A DNA stretch of 64,000 bases from Candidatus Latescibacterota bacterium (GTDB lineage: Bacteria > Latescibacterota > UBA2968 > UBA8231). Under the pieces are notes generated by a model that was not told where the DNA came from, ran no database searches, and was given only the letters and a program-made list of their open reading frames with translations. Both the position numbers and the translations under genes were made by a program. Each line of letters begins with the position of its first letter. Position 1 is the stretch's first letter. The stretch spans positions 1,120,001 to 1,184,000 of the forward strand of contig OZ220089.1 in the NCBI GenBank assembly GCA_964291625.2, in the 5' to 3' direction. Positions 38,004 through 48,517 of this stretch are shown piece after piece.

Positions 38004-39607
38004 AGCGGCAAGCGCGTCGTCTCCTGGCCGCGGCCGTCGGCGGCGATCCCCGAGGCCGCGCTGCTCGCCACGGCATCCCTCTTCTCGTGGTCGCGGCTAC
38101 CCTCGTCCTGGGGGTCTGGACCTTCGATGCCAAGCTCTCCCTCAGCGGCGACAACGCCGAGTTCATCGTCCTCGCCCGCAGCCTGGCCCAGGGAGAGGGC
38201 CTGTCCTACATCCACTCACCGGAGCCAGGGCCCGCGACCAAGTTCCCCTTCGGCTTTCCCCTGTTGCTGGCGCCCCTGGCATGGGCCTTCCCCGACGACT
38301 GGGTGCCCATGAAGTATCTGGTGCTGGGCCTGTTCTCAGTGGGGATGGGGGTGCTCTACCAGCTGGCCAGGGAGTGGGTGGGCGTCTGGCCCGGCCTCGC
38401 GGTGGTGGCCCTGAGCCTGGTGGCCGGCAAGAGCTACCTGACCCACGACGCGGCCGGCGCGACGTTCGGCCCGATGTTGCTCCGGTGCGCGCACCAGGTC
38501 ACGTCCGAGGTCCCCTACCTGACCTTCTCCCTCCTCGCCCTCTGGCTTGTCGACCGGGGAGTCCGGCGCGAGGGCCTCCGGGGAAACGGGTGGCTCCTCG
38601 GCGGCTTGGCCTGCACCATCTGGGCCTTCTTCATCCGCACGGCCGGGATCGCCCTGGCCGCGGCCGTGGCGTCCCACCTGCTCCTCCGGCGCGACTTCCG
38701 GCGCTGTCTTCTCTTCGTGGGCGCGGCTCTCCTCTGCTGGTTGCCGTGGACGTTGCGCAACCACGCGGCGGGAGGCGGCGGCGTCTATCTCAAGCAGCTG
38801 TTCATGGTCAACCCCTACCATCCGGAGCAGGGCTGGCTCGACCTGTCCGGCTTCCTGGATCGCCTCACGGGAAACGTCGACCGGTATCTGAGGGGATGGC
38901 CCGAGGTCCTGGTGCCCTCCTTCGGCGGCACGGACACGATCTTCCACCCCGCGCCGCTGTTGCTGATCGTGCTGGCCGTCGCCGCCACGGCGCTCTGCAT
39001 CCGGCGGGGCGAGCACCTGCTCCTGCTCTACGTGGCCTTCTCCATGGGAATGGTGCTGCTGTGGTTCTGGCCGGGGGACCGCTTCCTGGTGCCCGTCCTT
39101 CCGGTGGTGATTCTGCTAGGGGTCTGGACGGTCCTGCAGGTCCGCGACAGACTGGCGGCGATGGGCAGGGCGGCCCACCATGCGGGCCGGCTCGCGGCAT
39201 GGGGATGTCTGGCGGCGTGGTTCATCGCCCACGCGGGCGGCGTCAAACGCCTGGCAGACTACGCTGACGACGAATATCCGCCCAACTGGCAGCGCTACTA
39301 CGAAGCCGGAGAGTGGATCGAGGCCAACACCCCGGAGGAAGCGATCGTCGCGTGCCGGAAGGGCTTCTGGATGCACGTCGTCTCCGGCCGGCGAACCACC
39401 GGGTTCCCCTTCGGCGAGCCGGCGGCGGTGCTCGCCCACGTTGAGCGCGAGGGGGTGGACTACGTCGTGGTGGAAAGCCTGGGCTACCGACAGACCCAGG
39501 AGTACCTTGTTCCGGCCATCCACGAGTACGAGGACCGCTTCCAGATGCTGTGGTACGACCAGGACGTTCCGACCTGCGTCATGCGTGTCCTCCCTCCCGC
39601 CCCGTGA
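38000..39607 (+). CDS. GT-C fold membrane glycosyltransferase, copy 2
   Basis: Paralog of copy 1; start uncertain (CTG 38000 proposed). Confidence 0.78.
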   Translation: MKRQARRLLAAAVGGDPRGRAARHGIPLLVVAATLVLGVWTFDAKLSLSGDNAEFIVLARSLAQGEGLSYIHSPEPGPATKFPFGFPLLLAPLAWAFPDDWVPMKYLVLGLFSVGMGVLYQLAREWVGVWPGLAVVALSLVAGKSYLTHDAAGATFGPMLLRCAHQVTSEVPYLTFSLLALWLVDRGVRREGLRGNGWLLGGLACTIWAFFIRTAGIALAAAVASHLLLRRDFRRCLLFVGAALLCWLPWTLRNHAAGGGGVYLKQLFMVNPYHPEQGWLDLSGFLDRLTGNVDRYLRGWPEVLVPSFGGTDTIFHPAPLLLIVLAVAATALCIRRGEHLLLLYVAFSMGMVLLWFWPGDRFLVPVLPVVILLGVWTVLQVRDRLAAMGRAAHHAGRLAAWGCLAAWFIAHAGGVKRLADYADDEYPPNWQRYYEAGEWIEANTPEEAIVACRKGFWMHVVSGRRTTGFPFGEPAAVLAHVEREGVDYVVVESLGYRQTQEYLVPAIHEYEDRFQMLWYDQDVPTCVMRVLPPAP

Positions 39608-39614
39608 GGCCCCG

Positions 39615-41227
39615 ATGAAGAGACCGCACCCGGAGCCCAGGGCCGATACCCCCCGTGCGCCGCGTTGGTGGGAGACGTCAACGGCGCGCTACGCCATCCC
39701 CCTCTTCGTGATCGCGGCTTCCCTCGCGGTGGGGGTCTGGACCTTCGATTCCAAGCTCTCCCTCAGCGGCGACAACGCCGAGTACATCATCCTCGCCCGC
39801 AGCCTCGCCCAGGGAGAGGGCTTTACCCACACCCACTCCCCGGAGCCAGGGCCCGCGACCAAGTTTCCCTTCGGCTTTCCCCTGTTGCTGGCGCCCCTGG
39901 CATGGGTCTTCCCGGACGACTGGGTGCCCATGAAGGCCCTCGTGCTGGCCTTGTTCGCACTGGGGATGGGCGTGCTCTACCAGTTGGCCAGGGAGCGGGT
40001 GGGCGTCTGGCCCGGCCTCGCGGTGGTGGCCCTGAGCCTGATGGCCGGCAAGAGCTACCTGACCGAAGGGGCGGCCGGCGACACCCACGGCCCGCTGCTG
40101 CCCCACTACGCGCACCAGGTCATGTCCGAGGTCCCCTACCTGACCTTCTCTCTCCTGGCCCTCTGGCTTGTCGACCGGGGGGTCCGGCGCCAGGGCCTCA
40201 GGGGGAACTGGCGGTTCCTGGGCGGCGTGGCCTGCGCCATCTGGGCCTGCTGCATCCGCTCGTCCGGGATCGCCCTGGTGGCGGCCGTGGCGGGCCATCT
40301 GCTCCTCCGGCGGGACTTCCGGCGTTGTCTCTTCTTCGTGGGCGCGACCTTCCTCTGCCTGTTGCCCTGGACACTGCGCAACCAGGCGGTAGGCGGCGGA
40401 GGCGTCTATCTCAAGCAGCTCTTCATGGTCAACCCCTACTATCCGGAGCAGGGCTGGCTCGACCTGCCCGGTTTTCTCGAGCGCTTCATCGGGCATGCCG
40501 ATCGCTATCTGAGGGGATGGCCGGAGATCCTTGTGCCCTCCTTCAGCGGTACGGATACCTTGCTCCCCCCGCGCCACTGGCGGCGGTCGTGCTGGCCGCC
40601 GCCGCCACGGTGCTCTGCATCCGCCGCGGCGAACACCTGCTCCTTCTCTACGCGGCCTTCTCCACGGGCATGCTGCTGCTTTGGTTCTGGCCCAGTGATC
40701 GCTTCCTGGTGCCCTTGTTTCCGGTAGTTGTTTTGCTGGGGGTCTGGACGATCCTGCAGGTGCGCGACCGACTGGCGGCGTACGGCAGGGCCGAGCAGTA
40801 TGCGGGCCGACTCGTCGTATGGGGATGTCTGGCGGCGTGGTTCATCGCCCACGCGGGCGGCCTCCAACGCCTGGCCGACTACGCGGACGACGACTATCCG
40901 CCCAACTGGCAGAGCTACTACCAGGCCGGCGAATGGCTCGAGGCCAACGCCCCGGAGGAAGCGATCGTCCTGTGCCGGAAAGGCCTGTGGATGCATCTCG
41001 TCTCCGGCCGGCGAACCACCGGGTTCCCCTTCGACGAGCCGGCTGCGGTACTCGCCCACATGGAGCGAACGGGGGTGGACTACGTCGTCGTGGAGAGCCT
41101 GGGCTTCCGGCAGACCGGGGACTACCTTGGTCCGGCCATCGGCGAGTACACGGACCGCTTCAGGGTGTCGTGGTACGACCATGCCCAGGCGACCTATGTG
41201 CTCCAGTTCGTCCCACCCGCCCCATGA
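39615..41227 (+). pseudogene. GT-C fold membrane glycosyltransferase, copy 3, frameshifted at ~40565-40570
   Basis: The paralogs read CTC/TTC CAC CCC GCG (HPAP); this copy has CTC CCCCC GCG, one base short. Confidence 0.75.
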
Positions 41228-42027
41228 GGCACCCCATGCCCCTGAAGCAACGAGTGCACCATCTCCTGGCCGTATCGACCGACGGCGACTTCCACAGCCG
41301 GGCCGTGGACCTCGGCATCCTGGGGTTGATCTTCCTCAACGTCGTGGCCCTGACCCTGGAGACGGTGGCGCCGATCCATGCCATGCACCCGGCCGCCTTC
41401 GCCTGGTTCGAGCGCATCTCGCTGGTCATCTTCACCATCGAGTACGGACTCCGCCTGTGGTCGTGCACGGCGGATGCCAGGTACCGGGGTCCCGTGCTGG
41501 GCCGGCTGCGGTTCGTCTTCACGCCCCTGGCGATCATCGATCTGCTGGCCATCCTGCCCCTCTTCCTGCCCCTCTTCGGGCTGGACCTGCGCTTCATGCG
41601 CATCGTACGCCTCCTGCGCTTCTTCCGGCTGGCCAAGCTCTTCCGCTACTCGCGGGCGCTGAGGCTGCTCGGACGCGTCGTGCTGGGGAAGCGGGAGGAG
41701 CTGGCCAGCATCTTCATCGTGCTGATCACCCTGCTGGTGATCGCGGCGTCGCTCATGTATTTCGTCGAGCACGACGACCAGCCGGAGAAGTTCTCCAGCA
41801 TCCCCCAGACCATGTGGTGGGGGGTGATCACCCTGACCACCGTCGGCTACGGGGACTACTACCCGGTCACCGGGGCGGGCAAGTTCATCGCCGCCTGCAT
41901 CGCCGTGCTGGGCATCGGCATGTTCGCCCTGCCCGCGGGCCTGCTGGGGGCCGGCTTCGTCGACGAGCTGCAGGAGCACGGCGGCCAGCGGCACTGCCCG
42001 CACTGCGGAGAGCGGCTGGAGGACTAG
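41224..42027 (+). CDS. voltage-gated potassium channel (6-TM ion transporter)
   Basis: Selectivity filter TTVGYGD; S4 helix RFMRIVRLLRFFRLAK; C-terminal CPHC. Confidence 0.93.
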   Translation: MRHPMPLKQRVHHLLAVSTDGDFHSRAVDLGILGLIFLNVVALTLETVAPIHAMHPAAFAWFERISLVIFTIEYGLRLWSCTADARYRGPVLGRLRFVFTPLAIIDLLAILPLFLPLFGLDLRFMRIVRLLRFFRLAKLFRYSRALRLLGRVVLGKREELASIFIVLITLLVIAASLMYFVEHDDQPEKFSSIPQTMWWGVITLTTVGYGDYYPVTGAGKFIAACIAVLGIGMFALPAGLLGAGFVDELQEHGGQRHCPHCGERLED

Positions 42028-42085
42028 GACCAGGAAGGCACTTCCACTGCAGGAACGGCTGTAGCGGGACTCACTCGGGATCCGT

Positions 42086-43141
42086 ATGGGTAACAACCTC
42101 CGACTCCCCGCGGCCCTGGCGCTATGGGCCGCCGCTTGCGGCGAGATGCCCACCGAGCCGGCGGCTCCCGCCCCGGCGCCGTCGGCGCCCGCGGCCTTCA
42201 CCGCCCTGCGCGTCGAGGAGAACCGCATCGTCGACGCCGCGGGCGCCGACGTGATTCTGCGGGGGGTGGCCGTCGTCGACCCCCTGGTGGGCCGGGGCCA
42301 CCGCTACTCGACGCGGCTTGGCGAGCACGATCTGGAGACCCTGGCGCGCGAGTGGGGGGCGGGCATCGTGCGGGTGCCGATGCACCCCGACCTGATGGCC
42401 CACCACCCGGCCTACCTGCGGGAGTTCGTCGACCCCCTGGTCGACTGGGCCGGCGAGCACCGGCTCTACCTGCTGCTGGGCTACCACGCCCACGGCAACC
42501 CGCTCACCGGCGCGGTGGAGGACACGCCCTGGGGCTTCGATCCCCCCTGGCGGGGGAACCCCTACAACCCCGACCTCGAGCTGGCGCTGGCCTCCCTGCG
42601 CGAGATCGCCGCCCGCTACCGCGACAGGCCGTGGGTGCTCTACAGCGTCTTCAACGAGCCCGCCTTCATCTCCTGGAGCCAGTGGCGGCCGCTGGCGGAG
42701 CGGCTGGTCGACGCGGTGCGGGACCAGCACCCGGGCGCGCTGGTCCTGGTCTCGGGGGTCCACTGGGCCAGCGAGCTGGCCGGCGCCCTCGCCGACCCGG
42801 TGCGCCGGGAGGGCATCGTCTACGAGATCCACCCCTATCCCTGGGTGGGCGAGTCCTGGAAGAGGGTGGTCACCGAGCTGTCCAGGAAGCACCCCGTCTT
42901 TCTGGGGGAGTGGGGGTTCGGCGACGAGCACCCGGCGAGCGAGCGCAACTACGGCGAGGCCCTGGTGGGCTACTGCGAGGAGATGGGCCTGGGTTGGACC
43001 GCCTGGATCTGGGACCACTCCTGGACGCCGAGCATGTTCACCTCGCGCAGCCGCACGGGGCTGACGCCCTTCGGGGCCTTGGTGAAGCGCTCCCTGGCGC
43101 CCGCCAGGCGGCTGTCAGTCCGCGTCCCCGGGGGCGGGTAG
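42086..43141 (+). CDS. glycoside hydrolase family 5 lipoprotein
   Basis: Lipobox AAAC; NEP acid/base, H.Y, GEWG nucleophile, WTAW. Confidence 0.88.
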   Translation: MGNNLRLPAALALWAAACGEMPTEPAAPAPAPSAPAAFTALRVEENRIVDAAGADVILRGVAVVDPLVGRGHRYSTRLGEHDLETLAREWGAGIVRVPMHPDLMAHHPAYLREFVDPLVDWAGEHRLYLLLGYHAHGNPLTGAVEDTPWGFDPPWRGNPYNPDLELALASLREIAARYRDRPWVLYSVFNEPAFISWSQWRPLAERLVDAVRDQHPGALVLVSGVHWASELAGALADPVRREGIVYEIHPYPWVGESWKRVVTELSRKHPVFLGEWGFGDEHPASERNYGEALVGYCEEMGLGWTAWIWDHSWTPSMFTSRSRTGLTPFGALVKRSLAPARRLSVRVPGGG

Positions 43142-43672
43142 CCTTCTCAGGACGAAGGCGGTGCCCTCGAACAGGTCGGCGGCGGGCATCGACGCCAGGA
43201 ACGACGCCAGGCTGTCGGAGGGGCTGGCCACCACCACCTCCGTGTTGTCCCCCTCCTTCCTGACCTCGCCGCGCAGCTGACCCGCCTCGACGGCGCGCGC
43301 GAAGGCGCCGGTCGGCTCGTTGCGGACGACGAGATCCCCGCTCTCGGCGAACTCGTAGGCGAGCAGGTCGTAGTGGTCCTCCCCCTCCTCGCAGCGGAGG
43401 CTCACGTAGCGCCCGTCGCCGGCGTGGGCGACGACGAACTCGCAGCGCCGGACGCGGAACTCGCCGTCGTGCCAGTCCAGGGCGGCCACCCTCCCCACGT
43501 CATCGCCGCCGAATCTCAGGTGGACGATCTCGTCCTCGACGAGCCACACCCCCTCCAGCCGAGACCTGTCCAGAGCCTCGGGATGGGCGCTCACCGGGTG
43601 CTCCGTCTGCACCGAGGAGCACCCGGCGGCGAGGACCGCCAGGACCGCCAGCCACCGCATGTGCGTGGTCAT
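43115..43672 (-). CDS. putative lipoprotein
   Basis: GGAGG RBS; lipobox LAAGC. Confidence 0.7.
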   Translation of the reverse strand: MTTHMRWLAVLAVLAAGCSSVQTEHPVSAHPEALDRSRLEGVWLVEDEIVHLRFGGDDVGRVAALDWHDGEFRVRRCEFVVAHAGDGRYVSLRCEEGEDHYDLLAYEFAESGDLVVRNEPTGAFARAVEAGQLRGEVRKEGDNTEVVVASPSDSLASFLASMPAADLFEGTAFVLRRLPAPGDAD

Positions 43673-43750
43673 GTCACCACCTCCTGTTTTTCCCATATTC
43701 CCCTGCCTGTCCTGCCACTTTGAGACGCTTCAATCCCGCGGAGGGATTCC

Positions 43751-44536
43751 GTGAGCTGGAAGACCGAGACGACCGTCACCGACGAGCAGGTCCGCTTCTA
43801 CCGGGACAGGGGCTACCTGACCTTCGGCCGGATCTTCACCGAGGCGGAGCTGAGGGACCTGGGCGGCTACGTGGACGGCCTGATCGCCGCCCTGCCGCCG
43901 GAGCGGCGCCCCGAGTCCCTGGACGTGCCCCACTTTCAGCACCCCTTCCTCTTCCGCTACCTCTGCCACCCGCGGGTCCTCGACGTGATCGAGCGCTTCG
44001 TCGGCCCCGACATCGTCCTCTGGTCCAGCCACTTCATCAGCAAGCGCGAGGACGACGGCCTGGCCGTGCCCTGGCACCAGGACGGCGTCTACTGGGGGGA
44101 CCGGCTCGATCCGATGGAGGTGATCACCATGTGGCTGGCCGTGGACGAGTCCCGCGTCGACAACGGCTGCATGCGGGTCGTGTCCGGCAGCCACCGCCGC
44201 CGCGGGCTGCGCTACGAGGCGATCCAGAAGGAGGGCTATCTCTTCGGCAGCGAGGTGGAGGCCGGCGAGATCGACGAAGCCGACATCGTCGACCTGGAGC
44301 TGGCCGCCGGCGAGTGCCACTTCCACGACGCCTTCACCCTCCACGCCTCCAACGCCAACCGCTCGGCCCTCCGGCGGTGCGGGTACACGATGCGCTACTG
44401 CCCCGCCCACGTGCGCCACGCCGACAACGACGACCGCCCCGGGCGCCACCTGATCTACCTCGTGCGCGGCCAGGACCGCACCGGCGGCCACAACCTCTAC
44501 ACACCGGTACCCGCCATCGAACAGAGGACCGCATGA
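43751..44536 (+). CDS. phytanoyl-CoA dioxygenase (PhyH) family protein
   Basis: PWHQD, WLAVD, NGCM..GSH, HASNAN.S..RR. Confidence 0.92.
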   Translation: MSWKTETTVTDEQVRFYRDRGYLTFGRIFTEAELRDLGGYVDGLIAALPPERRPESLDVPHFQHPFLFRYLCHPRVLDVIERFVGPDIVLWSSHFISKREDDGLAVPWHQDGVYWGDRLDPMEVITMWLAVDESRVDNGCMRVVSGSHRRRGLRYEAIQKEGYLFGSEVEAGEIDEADIVDLELAAGECHFHDAFTLHASNANRSALRRCGYTMRYCPAHVRHADNDDRPGRHLIYLVRGQDRTGGHNLYTPVPAIEQRTA

Positions 44537-45378
44537 GCGAGAGCCCCCTGCGCATTCTCGTCGTCGTCGCCCATCCCCACGACTTCACCCACTGCGCCGC
44601 CACCTGCGGCATCCACGCCGCCCGGGGCGACTCGGTCACGGTCGTCACCGTCACCAGCGGCGCGCGCACCCACAACGAGCGGCTCCACGACGAGCTGCTC
44701 AAACCCGAGGCCGAGCGCGATCCCGCCGTCCTGGCCCAGGGCCAGGAGGAGTACGCCCGCATCAAGGCCGAAGAGGTCCGGAACGTCTGCGGCCTCTTCG
44801 GGGTCACCGACGTGCGCATCCTGCAGTGGCCCCAGCCCTTCCGCCTGGAGAGCAGCCCCGGGGCCGTCGACGAGCTGAGGCAGGTCTTTTACGACGTGCG
44901 CCCCCACGTGCTGATAACCCAGAAGCCCTACTACGACGCCCGCCACGGCATGGCCAACATGACCCGCGACGACCACGGCGAGACGGCGATCGCCGTGCTG
45001 GAGGCCAAGGGGCTGGCGGCCCTGCCCGACCACGAGACCCGGGAGCGGCCCCACACGGTGGCGGCGACCTTCTACCTCGGTATCTACTTCACGCGCGAGG
45101 AGATCGACTTCTACGTGGACATCTCCGGGTGGCGCGACAAGCGGGTGCAGGCGGAGACCCTCTTCGCGAGCCAGGGCCAGTTCGAGGAGTTCGCCCGCAA
45201 GCGCGTGGAGATCGGCGCCGGCACGGCCGGCTGGTACGCCCAGGTCGCCTACGCCGAGGGCTTCGTCCGCGCCGAGGCCGAGACCCTGGGCGAGCTGCGC
45301 GTGCCCGAGCTGGCCCTGCGGCGGGCCGAGGAGCCGACCCGGGATCGGTTGCGGCGCAAGTCGGGGCTGCCGGCGTGA
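44533..45378 (+). CDS. PIG-L family deacetylase
   Basis: VVAHPHD, T.G, DDH, VDIS, YAEGF. Confidence 0.82.
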   Translation: MSESPLRILVVVAHPHDFTHCAATCGIHAARGDSVTVVTVTSGARTHNERLHDELLKPEAERDPAVLAQGQEEYARIKAEEVRNVCGLFGVTDVRILQWPQPFRLESSPGAVDELRQVFYDVRPHVLITQKPYYDARHGMANMTRDDHGETAIAVLEAKGLAALPDHETRERPHTVAATFYLGIYFTREEIDFYVDISGWRDKRVQAETLFASQGQFEEFARKRVEIGAGTAGWYAQVAYAEGFVRAEAETLGELRVPELALRRAEEPTRDRLRRKSGLPA

Positions 45379-45485
45379 GGCGGCCGGTGCGCCGGCCGGG
45401 CCGGAACCCCCAGGGCCTCCCGGGCGACTGAGATCGTACCCCGGCCCCCATCACGGCCCCGGGCGCAAACCCTCCGACTGGACGG

Positions 45486-46850
45486 ATGATGAGCGACCAC
45501 GACAAGCCCCATCCCGAGCTGGACCGGTTCATGGAGGGCCTGGCGGTGCGCAACCCCGGCGAGGAGGAGTTCCACCAGGCCGTGCGCGAGGTGGCCGAGA
45601 CGCTGCTGCCCTACATCGACCGCCACCTTGCCTACCGGGAGTACCGCATCCTCGAGCGCATGACCGAGCCGGACCGCATCGTCTCCTTCCGCGTCTCCTG
45701 GCGGGACGACGCCGGCGAGATCCGCGTCAACCGCGGCTACCGGGTGCAGATGAACAACGCCATCGGCCCCTACAAGGGGGGCCTGAGGTTCTCCCACACG
45801 GTGACGCCGAGCGTGCTCAAGTTCCTGGCCTTCGAGCAGACCTTCAAGAACAGCCTCACGGGCCTGCCCATGGGGGCCGGCAAGGGGGGCGCCAACTTCA
45901 ACCCCAAGGGCAAGTCGGACGACGAGGTGATGCGCTTCTGCCAGGCCTTCATGACCGAGCTCTACCGCCACGTGGGCGCCAACGTCGACGTGCCCGCCGG
46001 AGACATCGGCGTCGGGGCCCGGGAGATCGGCTTCATGTTCGGCCAGTACAAGCGCATCACCGGGAGCTTCGAGGGCGTGCTCACCGGCAAGGGGCTGGAG
46101 TTCGGGGGCAGCCTGATCCGCACCGAGGCCACCGGCTACGGCGCGGTCCTGTTCCTGAAGCACATGCTCGCCGAGGGCGGCCAGGGGGTCGAGGGCCTGC
46201 GGGTCAACGTCTCCGGCTCGGGGAACGTCTCCCTCCACGCCGCCGAGAAGCTGATCCAGCTCGGCGGCAAGGTGCAGACCCTCTCCGACTCGGGGGGCTT
46301 CGTCCACGACCCGGACGGCGTCGACGAGGAGAAGCTCGCCTTCCTCAAGGATCTCAAGGAGGTCCGCCGCGGGCGCATCTCCGAGTACGCCGACGAGTAT
46401 CCCGGCGCCGCCTTCCACGCCGGGGCCCGCCCCTGGGGGGTGCCCTGCGACGCGGCCCTGCCCTGCGCCACCCAGAACGAGCTGTCGGGGGACGACGCCG
46501 CGGCGCTCATCGGACACGGCGTGCGCGCCGTCTGCGAGGGCGCCAACATGCCGAGCGAGATCGGCGCCGTGGAGCGGTTCCGGGAGGCCGGCGTGCTCTT
46601 CGGGCCGGCGAAGGCGGCCAACGCCGGCGGGGTGGCCGTCTCCGGCCTGGAGATGAGCCAGAACTCGGCCCGCCTGTCGTGGACCCTCGAGGACATGGAG
46701 TGCCAGCTCGAGCAGATCATGGCCGACATCCACGGCCGCTGCGTCGAGCACGGCCGCGGCGAGGACGGCCGCATCGACTACCTGGCGGGCGCCAACATCG
46801 CCGGCTTCCGCAAGGTCGCCGACGCCATGCTCGCCTTCGGCGTCGTCTGA
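45486..46850 (+). CDS. gdhA: NADP-specific glutamate dehydrogenase
   Basis: GPYKGGLRF, G.GKGG, VPAGDIGVG, RTEATGYG, GSGNV, KAANAGGV. Confidence 0.96.
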   Translation: MMSDHDKPHPELDRFMEGLAVRNPGEEEFHQAVREVAETLLPYIDRHLAYREYRILERMTEPDRIVSFRVSWRDDAGEIRVNRGYRVQMNNAIGPYKGGLRFSHTVTPSVLKFLAFEQTFKNSLTGLPMGAGKGGANFNPKGKSDDEVMRFCQAFMTELYRHVGANVDVPAGDIGVGAREIGFMFGQYKRITGSFEGVLTGKGLEFGGSLIRTEATGYGAVLFLKHMLAEGGQGVEGLRVNVSGSGNVSLHAAEKLIQLGGKVQTLSDSGGFVHDPDGVDEEKLAFLKDLKEVRRGRISEYADEYPGAAFHAGARPWGVPCDAALPCATQNELSGDDAAALIGHGVRAVCEGANMPSEIGAVERFREAGVLFGPAKAANAGGVAVSGLEMSQNSARLSWTLEDMECQLEQIMADIHGRCVEHGRGEDGRIDYLAGANIAGFRKVADAMLAFGVV

Positions 46851-46858
46851 GGAGGATC

Positions 46859-47887
46859 ATGGGTGACCACACTCTGAGGGCCGCCGTCATCGGCGGCGGC
46901 CTCGGCAGCTACCACGGCTACGCCTACGACCATTCCCCCCGGTACGAGCTGGCGGCCGTCTGCGACATCGACCCGGAGGTGATGCCGCGGTTCTTCGAGC
47001 GGTCCGGGGTCCCGGCGGGCCGCATCGGCGAGTACACCGACTACCGCCTCATGCTGGAGCGGGAGGACCTCGACGTGGTCAGCGTCGCCACCCCGGATCA
47101 CCTCCACGCCGACGCCGTCTGCGATGCCTCGGGGGCCGGCGTCCGGGGCATCCTCTGCGAGAAGCCCCTGGCCACCACCCTGCAAGACGCCGACCGCATG
47201 ATCGCCGCCGTGGAAGCCAACGGCACCTGCCTGTCCGTCGACCACACCCGCAGCTGGATCCCCCGCTACCAGCAGATGCGGCAGGCCGTGCGCGACGGCG
47301 CCGTCGGCCCCCTGACCCGCATCCTCGCCCACATGGGGGGCCGGCGGTCGATGCTGTTCCGCAACGGCACCCACCTCGTGGACGCGGTCTGCTACTTCGC
47401 CGAGGCCGATCCCGTCTGGGTCGTCGCCGCCCACGAGCAAGGCTTCGAGGAGTACGGGCTGGTCTACGACGGCAAGGGGGGCCGGGACCCGCAGTACGAC
47501 CCGGGCTCCACGATCATCATCGAGTTCGCCAACGGCGCCCGCGGCCTGATCAACAGCGCCAAGCTGACGCCCCAATTCTTCGAGTTCGACCTCCAGGGGC
47601 CGGAGGGGCGCATCGTCGTCAGCGACCAGCTCTGCCAGGTCTGGACCACCTCCGAGTCCCAGGGGGCCCTGGTCCCGGTCTCCTCGGAGACCGGCTCCGC
47701 CTACCCGGACCCCTTCGGGACCGCCCTGATCCCCGCGGTGGAGGAGCTGGCGGAGATGATCGACGGGAAGGCCGAGAGCAGCTCGCCGGCGCGGCGGGCC
47801 CGCCACACCCTGGAGATCATGCTCGCCGCCCTGCACTCCCAGGCCCGGGGCAACGCCAGGATCGACCTGCCACTTCCGAGGGAGTGA
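46859..47887 (+). CDS. Gfo/Idh/MocA family oxidoreductase
   Basis: IGGGLG, ATPDHLH, CEKP, GTHLVD. Confidence 0.92.
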   Translation: MGDHTLRAAVIGGGLGSYHGYAYDHSPRYELAAVCDIDPEVMPRFFERSGVPAGRIGEYTDYRLMLEREDLDVVSVATPDHLHADAVCDASGAGVRGILCEKPLATTLQDADRMIAAVEANGTCLSVDHTRSWIPRYQQMRQAVRDGAVGPLTRILAHMGGRRSMLFRNGTHLVDAVCYFAEADPVWVVAAHEQGFEEYGLVYDGKGGRDPQYDPGSTIIIEFANGARGLINSAKLTPQFFEFDLQGPEGRIVVSDQLCQVWTTSESQGALVPVSSETGSAYPDPFGTALIPAVEELAEMIDGKAESSSPARRARHTLEIMLAALHSQARGNARIDLPLPRE

Positions 47888-47892
47888 CGGTC

Positions 47893-47921
47893 GCAACTCA
47901 TATAGATATATTGCATATATG
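47893..47921 (+). promoter_or_regulatory. AT-rich promoter/operator of mazEF
   Basis: CATATAGATATATTGCATATATG near-palindromes directly upstream of the antitoxin gene. Confidence 0.5.
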
Positions 47922-47942
47922 GATTTCAGTCAGGAGGACTCA

Positions 47943-48182
47943 ATGGGAACGAAGTCCCGAATTGCCAGATGGGGCACGAGCTTGGCGGTGCGCATCCCCA
48001 AGCCCATCGCCGAGCAGTGGGGGGTTCAAGAAGGCTCCGCCATCGAGATGATCTCGCAGGGTGAGAAGGTTCTGCTGAGCAAGGGCGTCTATGACCTGGA
48101 CGACCTGCTGGAACAGGTGACGCAGGACAACCTTCATCCCGAGGTGGACAGCGGCCCGGCCCAGGGCAACGAGGCATGGTAG
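47943..48182 (+). CDS. mazE: AbrB/MazE antitoxin
   Basis: RWGTSLAVRIPK, YDLDDLL..VT..NLH.E.D.G..GNE.W. Confidence 0.9.
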   Translation: MGTKSRIARWGTSLAVRIPKPIAEQWGVQEGSAIEMISQGEKVLLSKGVYDLDDLLEQVTQDNLHPEVDSGPAQGNEAW

Positions 48183-48517
48183 AGCAGGCCTATGTCCCGA
48201 GCAGGGCAGACATCGTCTGGATCACCTTCACCCCCCAGGCCGGACGCGAACAAGCCGGGCGTCGGCCCGCCCTGGTTCTGAGTCCCCGGAGCTACAACGA
48301 CAAGACCGCCCTGGCGCTGTTCTGCCCCATCACTTCCAAGGTGAAGGGCTATCCCTTCGAGGTGGCCCTTCCAACGGCCAGTCCCGTCACCGGCGTCATT
48401 CTGGCCGACCAGGTCAAGAGCCTGGACTGGCGAGCACGACAAACCGAGTTCGTGTCCCGAGCCCCGGCGCGCGTGATGGGTGAAGTCCTGGAAAAGCTGA
48501 CGGTCCTTCTGACCTGA
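48176..48517 (+). CDS. mazF: MazF/PemK endoribonuclease toxin
   Basis: F.PQAGREQAGRRPALVLSP, CPITS..KGYPFEV, DQVKSLDW. Confidence 0.93.
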   Translation: MVEQAYVPSRADIVWITFTPQAGREQAGRRPALVLSPRSYNDKTALALFCPITSKVKGYPFEVALPTASPVTGVILADQVKSLDWRARQTEFVSRAPARVMGEVLEKLTVLLT

